This document shows, piece by piece, positions 1 through 12,305 of a stretch of DNA of 64,000 nt. Each line of letters begins with the position of its first letter. The stretch's first letter is position 1. Source of the stretch: Zygnema circumcarinatum SAG 698-1b (taxonomy: Eukaryota; Plantae; Zygnematophyceae); assembly GCA_037447605.1 (NCBI GenBank), contig CM074818.1, positions 2,120,617 to 2,184,616 of the forward strand. Reading direction: 5' to 3'. Under the pieces are notes generated by a model. It had not been told where the DNA came from and made no database searches. It saw only the letters and a program-made list of their open reading frames with translations. The translations under genes were made by a program, and so were the position numbers.

Positions 1-497
1 TGGAGGAGAGCGAGAGCGAGGGTGATGGAGACGGAGAGGCAGAGAGAGAAAGAGGGGAGAGGAGGAGCGAGAACGGGAAGAGTGGTGAGGGAGTTTGAAG
101 AGTTTGTGGGGAATGGTTGAGGGAGGTATGAAAGGACAAAGGAGTTGAGAGGGAGAGGGAGGGTTTGAGCGGGAGAAGAGAGGGAGTGGCGTTCTGAGAG
201 GTAGTAAATGGTGCAACTACGGGGCTTGAGAGGGATGATGGGAGATAGAATAGAGCAAGACGGAGGGACAGAGAGGCACATGCTTGTATAATTTATAAGA
301 GGGGCTGGACTTCTATGTTTTCCCCTGCTCTCTGTTTGGAGCTAGACCTTTTGTCTCTCTCCTTCTTCTTCTCCCACTCCTACTTTCCTCCCCTGTCTCT
401 CCCCTCCTTGTCGCTCCCCCCTCTCTTCCCCCCCCTGTCTCGCTCTTCCCCTCCACACTCTCTATTTCCCACCCTCTCGCTCTCTCCAACACTCTCA

Positions 498-633
<136 letters not shown>

Positions 634-638
634 TCCAG

Positions 639-1630
639 GTGAAAATCAACGACAGACATATCGAGCTGCTCGATCGTGGAGGCCATCATGAAGTGGCGAG
701 TTGGGTCATAAGAGAGGTGGAAGGTTTTTATTCCGATGAGGAGGGAGGAGAGGCGCTGGTAGTGAATATAAACTTAGAGCTCGCTTTAAAGGGCTGCGAC
801 CCTCACACTACTCGCTTCCTTCAAGACTTACCTTTCGACCAAGTCTTAAGTATTAAAGCAAACCCCTCGTACTCATCCAGCCCCTCTCTCCCTTCATCGA
901 GCCCTTCTCAAGTGGTAGATTATTGGGACGGGAGTCCGTGGGAGGAGGGAGAGACGGTAGAGGGGGAGTGGGTTGAGGTGGAGGGAGGGAGTATGGGGGA
1001 CACTCTTTCTCAGAGAGAGTGGAAATCAGCCGAGTATTCATCAGTTGCGGGAGGGATGTTTGGGAGTACAGAGGTAGAGGTAGACATGGCTGGTCCAGTG
1101 AATATAGACCTTGCAGCCCATGGCTATGGCACCTCTTTCTCAAGCAATTCCGAGCGGAAACTTGAGTTCAGGAATGGAGAGTTGGTGTATGTGGAGGGAG
1201 AGAGAGGGGGGAGAGAGCTGCAGTTGTCCTCCGCTGCGGGAGGGGCAGCCATGGTAGCTCTCACAAGCGCGAAGGGGCAGACTACCGCTCTCACAGTGCA
1301 GAAGGGAAACCCTAACCCTAATAAGTCTAAGCGGTTTTTTGGAAAGAAGGAGGCTATACTCTGCCTTGGAGTGAGCTCCCTATTGGCGGCAGCCATGGTT
1401 GCTACCTATGAGCTTGGGACTCTTGCTAAGGACGCTTGTGTGCTATTAGTGGCGGCTTCTCTCTCTTTAGTGGTAGCGTGTGTGGTGGGAGTAGTGTCTC
1501 CTCCCTTACCTCCCTTTGTGGAGAAGATGAGAGGAGTGTTTGGGACTCCGATCGACAGTTGGGAGGGAGCCATGGCTGCGTGGGAGGAGGAGCACCGACT
1601 GAGGGACAGAGTGGTGCGGCCGTGGGAAGA

Positions 1631-1665
<35 letters not shown>

Positions 1666-2437
1666 GTGTTTTGCACTTCATGGAAATGAAAGTAGGATTC
1701 ACTTGTAAGGCCTTCAGCTGACATTCACTTCTAGTTTTGCGTGTTTTTTTGCTTTCTCACTCTCCCTCTAGTTCATGCTTTCAGAGCTTCTCTCCCTCTA
1801 CTGTGAACTACTTGTGCTTTCTCCGTCGTTCTCTCTTGCACTCAGTCTCCTGTGAACTTCTCTCTCTCCGGCCTTCACTCTCGTGTGAAGTGATTTGCTC
1901 TCTCCACCTTCTACGCACGCTCGTTCATGGATCAGCTTTTCTTTCTCTCTCTCTCACTCTCTTTCGCTCTCTCTATTTCTCTCTCTCTATTTCTCTCTCA
2001 TTCCCTTCCTTTCCCTCTCTCCCACCCTTGTACATTCGCTCTCCCTCTCTCCGTGCTAACTCCTCTCCCTCTCCCTCTCCTTCTCCCTCTCGCAGGTCAT
2101 CTTCAAGCTGGGAGCCGCCGCTGCCATGATGTCCGCTGCCACCGTCTTAGCCCTCATAGTGAAAGCCCTCCAATTCGCTTTCCTCTTCGCACTCGAAACC
2201 GCAACCCCCTTTTCTCCCTCCTCTTTCGCCCCTCAACTTTTAGGTCAAATCGCAGTCCGCCACCTGCTCGGCCCCGCGAGCTGCCTCCTCGCGAACCGAA
2301 TGATGGGAGAGGCTCTCCCTCACTTGGCCGCGGGAGGTGCTTGGACGCTCGCTCTGCTCAGTGTGGGAGGGGCGGCAGCTTCGGTCTCTCTGTTGCTACT
2401 GTGCCATACTGGGAGATACAGGCAACGTGTATTGTGA
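639..2437 (+). CDS. Unknown multi-pass membrane protein, 3' part (exons 639-1631 and 2096-2437; 5' exons lie before the window)
   Basis: Acceptor ttccAG at 637-638 follows a (CT)n tract. A 331-codon open exon ends WEE|GTGAGA (phase 0). The acceptor cgcAG at 2094-2095 (gctaac branch-like site at about 2055) resumes in phase: VIFKLGAAAAMMSAATVLALIV... There are several hydrophobic segments in the C-terminal half. No family recognised. A short further exon at 3049-3078 is possible if TT|GTGAGA at about 2433 is a donor. Confidence 0.6.
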
Positions 2438-3713
2438 GAGGGTTAGTGTTTAGGGTTGTGGTGTGTGAGGGAGGGAGAGGGAGAGGGAGAGGGAGTGGAG
2501 GGAGAGGGAGTTAACACAGGGAGAGAAGGGGGAGAGGGAGAGGGAGAGGGAGAGGGAGAGGGAGTGGAGGAGAGGGAGTTAACACAGGGAGAGGGAGAGG
2601 GAGAGGGAGAGGGAGTTAACACAGGGAAAGGGAGAGGGAGGGGGAGGGGGAGAGGGATTGGGTTTGTTGGAAGGTAACTTTTTTTATTTGGAAGACGGGA
2701 TGTAAAGCCTGCAGGATGGGCGGCTGTATAGGGCTGTGAAAGGTTTTGAGAGTTTGGGGTTCAGGGTTTGGAGTTTTAGGGTTGTCGGGTTTTAGGGTTC
2801 GCTCAGGAAGTGAGAGAAGGATTGATCCTTTGTACATATGTCGAAGTTTCAAAATAAATGCCAAGGTGTGGTGTCCGTATGATTCCGCTCCCCCCCCTCT
2901 CTCGCTTCCCTCCCTCTCCCTCTCTCTCGCTCTCCCCCCTCTCCCTCTCTCTCGCTCTCCCCCCTCTCCCTCTCACTCCCTCTCCTTCCCTCTCTCGCTC
3001 TCCCCCCTCTCCCTCTCTCTCGCCCTCCCCCTCTCTCCTTTTCCAAGTCAAAGGCAAGACAGGAGAAGGGAGTGCTGAAGCAAGTGATGTTGGTAGGGTC
3101 TATGAGAAGGAACAAAACGAAGAGATTCAAGAGCGGTCGCGAATGGCTGCTGTAACGACAGATTGAATTTTAAAAGGCATAGACGGTAACATTTTAATGA
3201 TTGAATGAATTACAGTAAGGTCCAGGGCAGGACGGTCATCAACAAAGCTAGGGTTTTGGAGATAAGGGGTTACCTCTCATCTCGGGTTTGGATAGATATG
3301 ACTTAGTTTTTGTACAAAGCTGAAAAACAGTTTGTTTTTTTGTCTGTTTGTTTGTTTGTTTGTTTGTTTTTTGGTTTTCTTCGTTCTTTTCTTTGCAAGA
3401 AAGCGGGGGTTTGAATCCTGTTTAAAATTAAGCTGTTGTTCAGTGAGAGAGAAAGGGCGAATGACAGATTGTTAGCAAAGTTTTAACTACTTCGGTCTGC
3501 ATCTCGGGCTACCCTGTACTCTGTGGTAATATCGACCGTTCAAGAGACAGGCAAAACTGCTGACCAAATTTAATAAAGAATAAGAGACCAAATTAATGAG
3601 TACAACNNNNNNNNNNGAGTGTTTGGGACTCCGATCGACAGTTGGGAGGGAGCCATGGCTGCGTGGGAGGAGGAGCACCGACTGAGGGACAGAGTGGTGC
3701 GGCCGTGGGAAGA

Positions 3714-3748
<35 letters not shown>

Positions 3749-6700
3749 GTGTTTTGCACTTCATGGAAATGAAAGTAGGATTCACTTGTAAGGCCTTCAG
3801 CTGACATTCACTTCTAGTTTTGCGTGTTTTTTTGCTTTCTCACTCTCCCTCTAGTTCATGCTTTCAGAGCTTCTCTCCCTCTACTGTGAACTACTTGTGC
3901 TTTCTCCGTCGTTCTCTCTTGCACTCAGTCTCCTGTGAACTTCTCTCTCTCCGGCCTTCACTCTCGTGTGAAGTGATTTGCTCTCTCCACCTTCTACGCA
4001 CGCTCGTTCATGGATCAGCTTTTCTTTCTCTCTCTCTCACTCTCTTTCGCTCTCTCTATTTCTCTCTCTCTATTTCTCTCTCATTCCCTTCCTTTCCCTC
4101 TCTCCCACCCTTGTACATTCGCTCTCCCTCTCTCCGTGCTAACTCCTCTCCCTCTCCCTCTCCTTCTCCCTCTCGCAGGTCATCTTCAAGCTGGGAGCCG
4201 CCGCTGCCATGATGTCCGCTGCCACCGTCTTAGCCCTCATAGTGAAAGCCCTCCAATTCGCTTTCCTCTTCGCACTCGAAACCGCAACCCCCTTTTCTCC
4301 CTCCTCTTTCGCCCCTCAACTTTTAGGTCAAATCGCAGTCCGCCACCTGCTCGGCCCCGCGAGCTGCCTCCTCGCGAACCGAATGATGGGAGAGGCTCTC
4401 CCTCACTTGGCCGCGGGAGGTGCTTGGACGCTCGCTCTGCTCAGTGTGGGAGGGGCGGCAGCTTCGGTCTCTCTGTTGCTACTGTGCCATACTGGGAGAT
4501 ACAGGCAACGTGTATTGTGAGAGGGTTAGTGTTTAGGGTTGTGGTGTGTGAGGGAGGGAGAGGGAGAGGGAGAGGGAGTGGAGGGAGAGGGAGTTAACAC
4601 AGGGAGAGAAGGGGGAGAGGGAGAGGGAGAGGGAGAGGGAGAGGGAGTGGAGGAGAGGGAGTTAACACAGGGAGAGGGAGAGGGAGAGGGAGAGGGAGTT
4701 AACACAGGGGAAAGGGAGAGGGAGGGGGAGGGGGAGAGGGATTGGGTTTGTTGGAAGGTAACTTTTTTTATTTGGAAGACGGGATGTAAAGCCTGCAGGA
4801 TGGGCGGCTGTATAGGGCTGTGAAAGGTTTTGAGAGTTTGGGGTTCAGGGTTTGGAGTTTTAGGGTTGTCGGGTTTTAGGGTTCGCTCAGGAAGTGAGAG
4901 AAGGATTGATCCTTTGTACATATGTCGAAGTTTCAAAATAAATGCCAAGGTGTGGTGTCCGTATGATTCCGCTCCCCCCCCTCTCTCGCTTCCCTCCCTC
5001 TCCCTCTCTCTCGCTCTCCCCCCCTCTCCCTCTCTCTCGCTCTCCCCCCTCTCCCTCTCACTCCCTCTCCTTCCCTCTCTCGCTCTCCCCCCTCTCCCTC
5101 TCTCTCGCCCTCCCCCTCTCTCCTTTTCCAAGTCAAAGGCAAGACAGGAGAAGGGAGTGCTGAAGCAAGTGATGTTGGTAGGGTCTATGAGAAGGAACAA
5201 AACGAAGAGATTCAAGAGCGGTCGCGAATGGCTGCTGTAACGACAGATTGAATTTTAAAAGGCATAGACGGTAACATTTTAATGATTGAATGAATTACAG
5301 TAAGGTCCAGGGCAGGACGGTCATCAACAAAGCTAGGGTTTTGGAGATAAGGGGTTACCTCTCATCTCGGGTTTGGATAGATATGACTTAGTTTTTGTAC
5401 AAAGCTGAAAAACAGTTTGTTTTTTTGTCTGTTTGTTTGTTTGTTTGTTTGTTTTTTGGTTTTCTTCGTTCTTTTCTTTGCAAGAAAGCGGGGGTTTGAA
5501 TCCTGTTTAAAATTAAGCTGTTGTTCAGTGAGAGAGAAAGGGCGAATGACAGATTGTTAGCAAAGTTTTAACTACTTCGGTCTGCATCTCGGGCTACCCT
5601 GTACTCTGTGGTAATATCGACCGTTCAAGAGACAGGCAAAACTGCTGACCAAATTTAATAAAGAATAAGAGACCAAATTAATGAGTACAACAAATAATTA
5701 TATATGAACACAACCAATTGGCTTTAACTGTTAATTTTTTTCTCCTTAGAAAAAAAAAAAAAAACCCCCCCGGTTGGAACCCAAGCAGGAGAAAAAGGCA
5801 ACAAAGGAAATTTGGAGGGTGGGGAGAGGGCAGTAAGGGCAAAGGGCGAAACGATGACGTCAGCAAACGTAAGAAAGCTGCAAACTTGGCAGTGGTTACT
5901 CTGTTTTGAAAACGACTGCATTATGGAATGCATGATGATAAGATTTTCTGCTATTTTTATTAATCCTTGTTTTTAATTTTTCATCATTTTGTCGAAGTAA
6001 ATTCTCATCAATTCAACAGTAACGTCTGACCGATTGAAATTGTGAGGCCAACAGCGCATTGGGAGGGAGAGAGTGCGTGATGGCAAGTCAGGNNNNNNNN
6101 NNCTATTTCTCTCTCTCTATTTCTCTCTCATTCCCTTCCTTTCCCTCTCTCCCACCCTTGTACATTCGCTCTCCCTCTCTCCGTGCTAACTCCTCTCCCT
6201 CTCCCTCTCCTTCTCCCTCTCGCAGGTCATCTTCAAGCTGGGAGCCGCCGCTGCCATGATGTCCGCTGCCACCGTCTTAGCCCTCATAGTGAAAGCCCTC
6301 CAATTCGCTTTCCTCTTCGCACTCGAAACCGCAACCCCCTTTTCTCCCTCCTCTTTCGCCCCTCAACTTTTAGGTCAAATCGCAGTCCGCCACCTGCTCG
6401 GCCCCGCGAGCTGCCTCCTCGCGAACCGAATGATGGGAGAGGCTCTCCCTCACTTGGCCGCGGGAGGTGCTTGGACGCTCGCTCTGCTCAGTGTGGGAGG
6501 GGCGGCAGCTTCGGTCTCTCTGTTGCTACTGTGCCATACTGGGAGATACAGGCAACGTGTATTGTGAGAGGGTTAGTGTTTAGGGTTGTGGTGTGTGAGG
6601 GAGGGAGAGGGAGAGGGAGAGGGAGTGGAGGGAGAGGGAGTTAACACAGGGAGAGAAGGGGGAGAGGGAGAGGGAGAGGGAGAGGGAGAGGGAGTGGAGG

Positions 6701-8138
6701 AGAGGGAGTTAACACAGGGAGAGGGAGAGGGAGAGGGAGAGGGAGTTAACACAGGGAAAGGGAGAGGGAGGGGGAGGGGGAGAGGGATTGGGTTTGTTGG
6801 AAGGTAACTTTTTTTATTTGGAAGACGGGATGTAAAGCCTGCAGGATGGGCGGCTGTATAGGGCTGTGAAAGGTTTTGAGAGTTTGGGGTTCAGGGTTTG
6901 GAGTTTTAGGGTTGTCGGGTTTTAGGGTTCGCTCAGGAAGTGAGAGAAGGATTGATCCTTTGTACATATGTCGAAGTTTCAAAATAAATGCCAAGGTGTG
7001 GTGTCCGTATGATTCCGCTCCCCCCCCTCTCTCGCTTCCCTCCCTCTCCCTCTCTCTCGCTCTCCCCCCTCTCCCTCTCTCTCGCTCTCCCCCCTCTCCC
7101 TCTCACTCCCTCTCCTTCCCTCTCTCGCTCTCCCCCCCTCTCCCTCTCTCTCGCCCTCCCCCTCTCTCCTTTTCCAAGTCAAAGGCAAGACAGGAGAAGG
7201 GAGTGCTGAAGCAAGTGATGTTGGTAGGGTCTATGAGAAGGAACAAAACGAAGAGATTCAAGAGCGGTCGCGAATGGCTGCTGTAACGACAGATTGAATT
7301 TTAAAAGGCATAGACGGTAACATTTTAATGATTGAATGAATTACAGTAAGGTCCAGGGCAGGACGGTCATCAACAAAGCTAGGGTTTTGGAGATAAGGGG
7401 TTACCTCTCATCTCGGGTTTGGATAGATATGACTTAGTTTTTGTACAAAGCTGAAAAACAGTTTGTTTTTTTGTCTGTTTGTTTGTTTGTTTGTTTGTTT
7501 TTTGGTTTTCTTCGTTCTTTTCTTTGCAAGAAAGCGGGGGTTTGAATCCTGTTTAAAATTAAGCTGTTGTTCAGTGAGAGAGAAAGGGCGAATGACAGAT
7601 TGTTAGCAAAGTTTTAACTACTTCGGTCTGCATCTCGGGCTACCCTGTACTCTGTGGTAATATCGACCGTTCAAGAGACAGGCAAAACTGCTGACCAAAT
7701 TTAATAAAGAATAAGAGACCAAATTAATGAGTACAACAAATAATTATATATGAACACAACCAATTGGCTTTAACTGTTAATTTTTTTCTCCTTAGAAAAA
7801 AAAAAAAAAACCCCCCCGGTTGGAACCCAAGCAGGAGAAAAAGGCAACAAAGGAAATTTGGAGGGTGGGGAGAGGGCAGTAAGGGCAAAGGGCGAAACGA
7901 TGACGTCAGCAAACGTAAGAAAGCTGCAAACTTGGCAGTGGTTACTCTGTTTTGAAAACGACTGCATTATGGAATGCATGATGATAAGATTTTCTGCTAT
8001 TTTTATTAATCCTTGTTTTTAATTTTTCATCATTTTGTCGAAGTAAATTCTCATCAATTCAACAGTAACGTCTGACCGATTGAAATTGTGAGGCCAACAG
8101 CGCATTGGGAGGGAGAGAGTGCGTGATGGCAAGTCAGG
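1534..8138. repeat. Gap-flanked tandem triplication (1534-3606 ~ 3617-5689; 4056-6092 ~ 6103-8138), probably unmerged overlapping contigs
   Basis: The same ORFs recur at offsets 2083 and about 2047 (for example 2126, 4209, 6256). Each copy starts right after a 10-N gap (3607-3616, 6093-6102). Visible differences are confined to CT/GA-rich tracts. Confidence 0.9.
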
Positions 8139-8300
8139 GCAGAGGGGGAGAAAACGAGAGAGGAGAGGGAGGGGGAGTGGTGTGGGACAAAACAAAAATG
8201 TCCCTCTCCATTTGAACCGCCCACATTACCTCCAGCTTTCCAGACCCCCTCCATTTGAACCTCCCCAATACCCGTAGCAAAACTCATTACGCCTCTGCAG

Positions 8301-8958
8301 AAGTCCGGTAATTTTGTTACGTTTTTGCAATTACTCCTGGAACAGAGAGTTGGAAGTAGTCCTCTAATGAATTACATCACAAGCCTTTCACATGGGACCA
8401 TACTTGCTCCAACCGATGCGGCATTCACGAAGCAGCACGCAGCCATTGTGGAGTATGTAAGCAGGGCAAGGACGGAAGATCAGATCAGCGCCTTCACTAA
8501 CATCATGCTATATCATGTGCTTCAGCCTCAGCTCAATTATACAGATCTCCAGGTGAGAGCACTTAAATCCTTTGCTTTTTAGTAACTCTGTAAAATATGT
8601 CTGATGTCGTTTTCATTGTGTTGTTTTGCCAAATGCTAACGTATGTCATTCAATGTATGAGTTTTGACTTTACTGAGCTCTGGCATTTCTCTGTTTAATT
8701 GCTGCTGTGCAGGCGTCCGGGCCATCTGCTGTAGTAGCCACTCGTTTTGGAGATTGGAAGCTGCATGTTGAAAATGAAGCAGGAACAGCAGTGAAGTTCT
8801 CGAAAGTGAACGGAGAGGCGGACGTTGGCGCCTATGTTGTCTTCCCAGACCTTGTGAAGGAGCCCTGCTTGAGCCTTCATGGAATTGACGATGTTCTTAT
8901 TCCTGAGGCTTCAAGTTATCGAAGAGGAACACAAACTGAGAAAGAGGGAGAGGGATAG
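8301..8958 (+). CDS. Fasciclin (FAS1) domain protein (exons ~8301-8552 and 8713-8958; 5' end not found)
   Basis: FAS1 hallmarks: KSGNFVTFLQLL, H1 TILAPTDAAF, IMLYHV, H2 LHGIDDVLIP. Phase-0 intron GTGAGA (8553) to gtgcAG (8712). Confidence 0.85.
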
Positions 8959-9950
8959 GAAGAGGGAAAATAAAGCTGAGACCATTTAATAAGTTGATTG
9001 CAGCAAATTCTATGTTAGTAGGAAAGTGTAGTAGTAATGCTTAATTAGGTTTATGAGGGCAACGGAGGGAGAGTGAGGCAGGACAGGACAGACAGGCAGG
9101 GACTAAAGGGTGGACTGTCACTTTGGAAAGGATTACAGAGAAAAGTCTCTGTACATCATACTTCATGGCTTCTTCCTTTTCAGTTTATTGTCGTTGCTAT
9201 TTAAAGATTTTTTTATTGTTATTTGTATCATTTTTGTGCTTAATAATCATCATGAGAACTGTGATTTCGTCGTGTTGACAGTACGGGGCTCCTTACATTT
9301 TATTTGAAACATTTTGCTTTAGATTATATAGATCCAGCTCGCAGCTTATTAATGGCACACCTGGAATTTAAGTTTTCCGACGTCCTGCAAGCAGATAGCG
9401 CATGCAATTGGCGGTGGCTTATGGATGCACGGATCAGTGTTCCAAGATAGACTTTAACGATGACCACACAAAGGCCGAGAGGTCCTCGTCGCCGCGCGCG
9501 TCACCGCGTCATCTCCCTCTCCCCCTCTCCCCTCTCCCCTCTCTCCTCTCCTCTCCGCTCCCACTCCCTCTCCTACTCCCTCTCCCTCTCCCCCTCCCTC
9601 TCCCTCTCCCTCTCCCGCTCCCTTTTCCTCTCCCACGCCCTAGCCCCCTCTCCTCTCCCACTCCCACTCCCTCTCCCTCTCCCCCTCCCTCTCCGTCGCC
9701 CACTCCCTCTCCCTTTCCCCCTCCAACGACCTAGCCCTCTCTCCTCTCCCACTCCCTCTCCCTCTCCCTTTCCCCATACAACGACCTAGCCCTCTCTCCT
9801 CTCTCTCCCTCTCCCTCTCCCTTTCCCCCTCCAACGACCTAGCCCTCNNNNNNNNNNCCCCCCTCGTCTCTCCACCACTCTCCCTCTCCCTCTCCCTCTC
9901 CCTCCTCCCCCTCTCCCCTCTCCCTCCTCCCCTTGCACATAAAGTAAGCA

Positions 9951-10588
9951 CCCCTAATATTTTCCACCCTAATAGGGGGAGTCAGACCTTGACCATCGCT
10001 TACGAAATTTCCGAATTCCTTATACTGTACTAAAAGTCACTTCTTTCGTGTACGAATTCCGGGTCGGGATCCGCGGCTCCGCCGTACACAGCCGTACCGA
10101 AATGCGTACTGTACTGTACTGTACCTAGGAAATGCTTAACTCGCCCGACAGGCTTACGAAATTGATTTGGCGATGGTCAAGGTCTGACTCCCCCTAATAA
10201 TATACCCCCCCCCCCCTATATATACTTGCGTTTCCCAAGAAATTCGCCCTGATTTTGCCGAAACCACTTTTAGTACGGTAAGTCTGTGTTAATGTATTAG
10301 GGGTGTTAACTTAACCTGACCTACTTTTCAATACAAAATCTGTTAATCAAAACGGATTTCAAACATGGGTTACGCTGTACGAAAAATACGAAAAAAATCT
10401 CTAAGCCGTACGGTATACATACGGCGCCAATAGGAGCTCGTGTAGCAAAATATACGGTACGCTACGATACGATACGATACGTACGAACTTACATGAACTC
10501 TAACATCCATCTATTAGTAACACGGACCTTACATTTGCAAATTCCAAGATTTTCGCCCAACATTAAACCATGGCGAAAATATTAGGGG
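9951..10588. mobile_element. Degenerate relative of the 61241-61744 TA-flanked MITE, acting as host of the AGGGGG MITEs
   Basis: Inverted ends CCCCTAATATTTTC (9951) and GAAAATATTAGGGG (10575). Internal blocks cccaagaa.ttcgcc..gattttgccgaaaccac and gatacgtacg...acatgaactctaacat...tatt.gtaacacg.acctta are shared with 61275-61730. Confidence 0.65.
9974..10195. mobile_element. MITE, AGGGGG-TIR family, copy 1 (222 bp)
   Basis: Perfect 26-bp TIR AGGGGGAGTCAGACCTTGACCATCGC, flanked by AAT on both sides (9971-9973, 10196-10198). Internal similarity to the copies at 41652, 62129 and 62387. Confidence 0.9.
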
Positions 10589-10921
10589 GGTCAGACCTTG
10601 ACCATCGCCAAACCAATTTCGTAAGCCCGTCGGGCCTATTCCGCCGTGTACGGCAGGCCTTTTTCGCAAAAAGTGGCAGTTCGGCAGGTTCGGGCGCCGC
10701 GAATTCAAGAAAATAGGGGGTGTCAGACTTAACAAAATCTTACGAAAAGCGTTACGAAAAAAAAGGTTACGAAAGTACTCCGCCGCAGGAGGATCGCGAT
10801 TATACTGAAGTACTCGTTCTGATGTCAAACTTACGAACACGCGTACTGAAATTTTTTAAGTCTGACACCCCCTAATAATTATTTTACCTTCGTATCTCCG
10901 AGCCAGGTCTGACCCCCCCCT
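10584..10921. mobile_element. AGGGGG-TIR family element (outer) carrying a nested insertion
   Basis: Left end AGGGGGGTCAGACCTTGACCATCGCC is preceded by ATT. Right end AGGTCTGACCCCCCCCT is a ~14-bp match. The right flank (TTT) is not a perfect TSD. Confidence 0.6.
10715..10873. mobile_element. AGGGGG-TIR subfamily MITE (159 bp), nested
   Basis: Perfect 18-bp TIR AGGGGGTGTCAGACTTAA, with AAT on both flanks (10712-10714, 10874-10876). Confidence 0.85.
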
Positions 10922-12270
10922 TTTCGCCCCGCCGCGCTCCCTCCGCCGCCCGCCGCCCGCCGCCCGTCGCCCGCCGCCCGCCGCCCGCCGCCCGNNNNNN
11001 NNNNCCTCCCTTGCGGCTTCCAAGCGGCCGACCCTCTTCCAGCGCCTCCTCATCTCGCTCGCTCGCCCGCCCGCGCGGGCTTTGCTTTGCGCTGCTCCTG
11101 CAGACGTTCGCTGTGTGGGCGCTCATTGACTGGGACCTCGGAGGGCTCGCCTTCTCCACAACCACGGTCGGACTCTTCCGACCGTCTGCCGGACCCCTCC
11201 TGGTAAGACTCTCTACTCTCTAGAAAAACAACAAAGGGGAGGATGAAACCCTAAACATAGAAGCCCAAAAGTCAGGAGCCGTAAAAAGATCACGTCCAGC
11301 TACAAAGATTAATGTCATACTCCTAGCCACGCCAGCCTCTCACTCTCCCTTTCCCACTGCCGCTCCCTCTCCACCTAACACTCCCACAGCCTCTATCTCT
11401 TTCCTTCTCCCTCTCCCACTGCCTCTCCCTATCCCACTGCCTCTCCCTCTCCGTCTCCCACTGCATCTCCCTCTCTTTATCCCTCTCCATCTCCCACTGC
11501 CTTTCCCTCTCCATCTCCCATTGCTTCTCCCTTTCCCTCTTCATCTCCCACTGCCTCTTCCTCTCTTTATCCCTCTCCCTCTCTTTATCCCTCTCCCACT
11601 ACATCTCCATCTCTTTATCCCTCTCTCTCTCTCCCACTGCCTCTCCCTCTCCTTCTCCCTCTCCCACTGCCTGTCCCTCTCCCTCTTCCACTGCCTCTCC
11701 CTCTCCCTGTCCCATTGCCTCTCCCTCTCCCTCTCCCTCTCCCTCTCCCTCTCCCACTGCCTCTCTCTCTCCCACTCCCACTGCCTCTCCCTCATCCTCT
11801 CTCCTCCTCTCTCTCATCGCACTTTCAAATAGTCATTATTCCCTTTGTCTTCTGGTTTTTTTTTACAGCATCAAGGCCGTCTCCACCATGCCTCCACCGT
11901 CACATAAAGACCACATGCTCAGAATACTGATGGGCTTGATAGTCTACGCTTTTTGCAAGAAAGACAGGAACAACATGCAGTCTTCAAAGGAAGTAAGAGA
12001 GATACAATTTTTGTTTGGATTGTACAAGAATATTGAAGGTACACGGTATCTTCATGACCGTCTAAACTTGAAGAAGAGTTCTCAGTACTTACTTTAATGT
12101 ACCACGTAACTGGAACGAAGTAATAACAANNNNNNNNNNNNNNNNNNNNNNNNNNNNNNNNNNNNNNNNNNNNNNNNNNNNNNNNNNNNNNNNNNNNNNN
12201 NNNNNNNNNNNNNNNNNNNNNNNNNNNNNAAACCCTTATATCATGCTCTGAAACCTATCGNNNNNNNNNN

Positions 12271-12302
<32 letters not shown>

Positions 12303-12305
12303 CAG

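Noticed and set aside
3617-6567. Extra paralogous genes from the repeated 103-aa MMSAATVLAL ORF (4209, 6256)
   Set aside because: These are duplicates of the exon at 2096-2437 within gap-flanked copies that lack the upstream exon. They are probably assembly redundancy.
9402-9951. ORFs over the CCCTCT-rich tract
   Set aside because: Low-complexity hexamer repeat interrupted by an N gap; no supported splice chain.
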